This document shows positions 62,535 through 64,000 of a DNA stretch of 64,000 nucleotides, piece after piece. The notes beneath the pieces were generated by a model. It had not been told where the DNA came from and made no database searches. It was given only the letters and a program-made list of their open reading frames with translations. Source of the stretch: an uncultured Candidatus Micrarchaeota archaeon. GTDB taxonomy: Archaea > Micrarchaeota > Micrarchaeia > Anstonellales > Bilamarchaeaceae. Position numbers and translations under genes: made by a program. The stretch is taken from NCBI GenBank assembly GCA_903835385.1, contig CAILMQ010000063.1, positions 5,234-69,233 on the forward strand, written 5' to 3'. The stretch's first letter is position 1; each line of letters begins with the position of its first letter.

Positions 62535-64000
62535 ATGACGCCGCAGGCTTATGACGTACTAAACCGCGCATGGAAGAGCACCTGCAGGGTGGTTCTCGGC
62601 GCCGAGGTCGGCGAGCTGGAAGAATACAAGGGATGGCTCGGGGAATACCTTCCGCCAGTTGGGAAAAGGAAATCCTATATTTCGGGCAGGGAGGTCACGC
62701 TCGCAAACCCGCGCTATCCGGATGACGCAAGGTTCGTCTCCATGGAGGAAATACGCGAGAAGAAAGCCGACCCCTTGGGCATCAACGACATAAAGGACAT
62801 GGATTCCGTAGTCCGGGCGGTCTCCGAGCAATGGGAATACGCCGGCAACAGGGTGCAGGGCAATTCCGCCATGGTGGAAGCGTCCGATATCGTGGTTGAC
62901 TCCCAGTCGGTTTCAGGCTCCACGGACATAGCGCAGTCGCAATATGTCTTTTCTTCGTTCATGGTCAGGGGCGGGTCAAAGTACATATTCGGCTCCGGCT
63001 GGTTCAGCAAAACCGAATTCGCCATAAGGCACGTGAGCGGGTTCAACAATGCCCGGATTCTTGACAGCTCCCTTGTCACGGATAGCAGCGACATATACTA
63101 TTGCCATAACATGGCCGGTTGCATGGACGCGATGTTCTCTTTCTCCCAGAGGAATTCCAGGCATTGCATCGGGAACCTCGTGCTTCCCAAGGACAAATAC
63201 CTGCCTTTGAAGTCCAAGCTCCTCTCGGAGATAAGGGAAGAGCTGAAGGCGAAGAAAAGGTTTCCGTCCCTGATGGACATGGTGGCGGATAAAGGAACGG
63301 CCGGCGGAACCCTCGAGCTGCCGGAGAGGAATGAGAAAACCGACATCGTTCCGGTGGAAAAGGCGTTCTCATCGCTTTTCCGGATCTTGTTCGCGAAAGA
63401 ACCCGCAGGAATGGGCCCGTGCGAGAACTGGCTGCTAAGGAACATCCCGCCCATCCAGGAAGTGGAATCGCCGTTCGGGCGCAGGACATTCGTGCCGGCT
63501 GACGAGTCATTCGCCTGTTTCTACAGGTTCCCCAGAAACCGGATTGTCACGCTTTACGAGGCGCTGGAACTTGGGAAATTGAGATTGAACGAGCGCGATA
63601 TGGCCAGCCTGGGAAAAATACAGGAAAACCTGAAGGAAATAGCATTCTTCACGGCAGAGCTTGTCGGAGGCAATTCCAGCAATGCAATGAAGTCCCCGGT
63701 GGTCTATAACTCATCCAACATATACAAGGTATACGACGCCACATATTCCGAATACGCCAGCATGGGCTCGCTCAGCCTGAATTCCAAATACGCGTTCGGC
63801 TGCTACCGGATAATAGACTCCGAGTTCTGCCTCAAATGCAACAACTCCCTGCGCCTCAGCCGCTGCTTTGAGATGGACAGCTCCTCTAACTGCCTGGATT
63901 CCATGTTCTGCCATAACTCCGAGGCGCTGAGCGACTGCATGTTTTGTTTCAATGCCAAGGCCAAAAGGCATGCCATCGGCAATGCCCAGTTAGCGCCCGA
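62535..64000 (+). CDS. Fused A-type + B-type module protein (A4-B4), 3'-truncated by the window edge; absent from the ORF track
   Basis: Hand translation from the ATG at 62535 finds no stop through nt 63998. MTPQAYDVLNRAWKSTCRVVLGAEVGELEEYKGWL..., GINDIKDMDS, GCMDAMFSFSQRNSRHCIGN. The B-type start is at about 63354 (VEKAFSSLFRILFAKEP...ENWL), leading to SRCFEMDSSSNCLDSMFCHNSEALSDCMFCFNAKAKRHAIGN. Confidence 0.75.
   Translation, partial: MTPQAYDVLNRAWKSTCRVVLGAEVGELEEYKGWLGEYLPPVGKRKSYISGREVTLANPRYPDDARFVSMEEIREKKADPLGINDIKDMDSVVRAVSEQWEYAGNRVQGNSAMVEASDIVVDSQSVSGSTDIAQSQYVFSSFMVRGGSKYIFGSGWFSKTEFAIRHVSGFNNARILDSSLVTDSSDIYYCHNMAGCMDAMFSFSQRNSRHCIGNLVLPKDKYLPLKSKLLSEIREELKAKKRFPSLMDMVADKGTAGGTLELPERNEKTDIVPVEKAFSSLFRILFAKEPAGMGPCENWLLRNIPPIQEVESPFGRRTFVPADESFACFYRFPRNRIVTLYEALELGKLRLNERDMASLGKIQENLKEIAFFTAELVGGNSSNAMKSPVVYNSSNIYKVYDATYSEYASMGSLSLNSKYAFGCYRIIDSEFCLKCNNSLRLSRCFEMDSSSNCLDSMFCHNSEALSDCMFCFNAKAKRHAIGNAQLAP

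Overview
This is a densely coding, GC-rich archaeal chromosomal segment. Archaeal hallmark genes include AglB/STT3 (cut by the window edge), class-I CCA-adding enzyme, Pth2, RpoK, family-B DNA polymerase, PCNA, Pus10, deoxyhypusine synthase, GGGP synthase and geranylgeranyl reductase. Nucleotide-metabolism genes are purD, pyrE, carA/carB and dcd. There is one tRNA-Gly(GCC) and no rRNA or CRISPR. Many adjacent genes overlap by ATGA, which suggests translational coupling. The numerous secreted or membrane proteins and compact layout suggest a small-genome, possibly DPANN-like, archaeon; this is inference only. Accessory content: (1) an AT-rich islet carrying a solitary DpnI-like methyl-directed restriction endonuclease; (2) a RelE-like toxin-antitoxin pair and an MNT-HEPN pair; (3) a tight three-gene operon with a VirB4/TraC-type ATPase, lying near a polytopic membrane protein and a Cys-rich repeat surface protein whose gene has mosaic 180-bp tandem repeats; (4) two long non-coding gaps with strong hairpins, which are candidate structured RNAs. 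The most unusual feature is at the 3' end (57.8 kb to the window edge). It is a head-to-tail array of eight paralogous cytoplasmic Cys-rich modules with hexapeptide periodicity, arranged as four alternating A-B pairs. Two pairs are separate overlapping genes and two are in-frame fusions. I cannot assign this array to any characterised family. Two genes absent from the supplied ORF track were found by hand translation: rpoK (56 aa) and the open-ended last array gene (62535 to beyond 64000).
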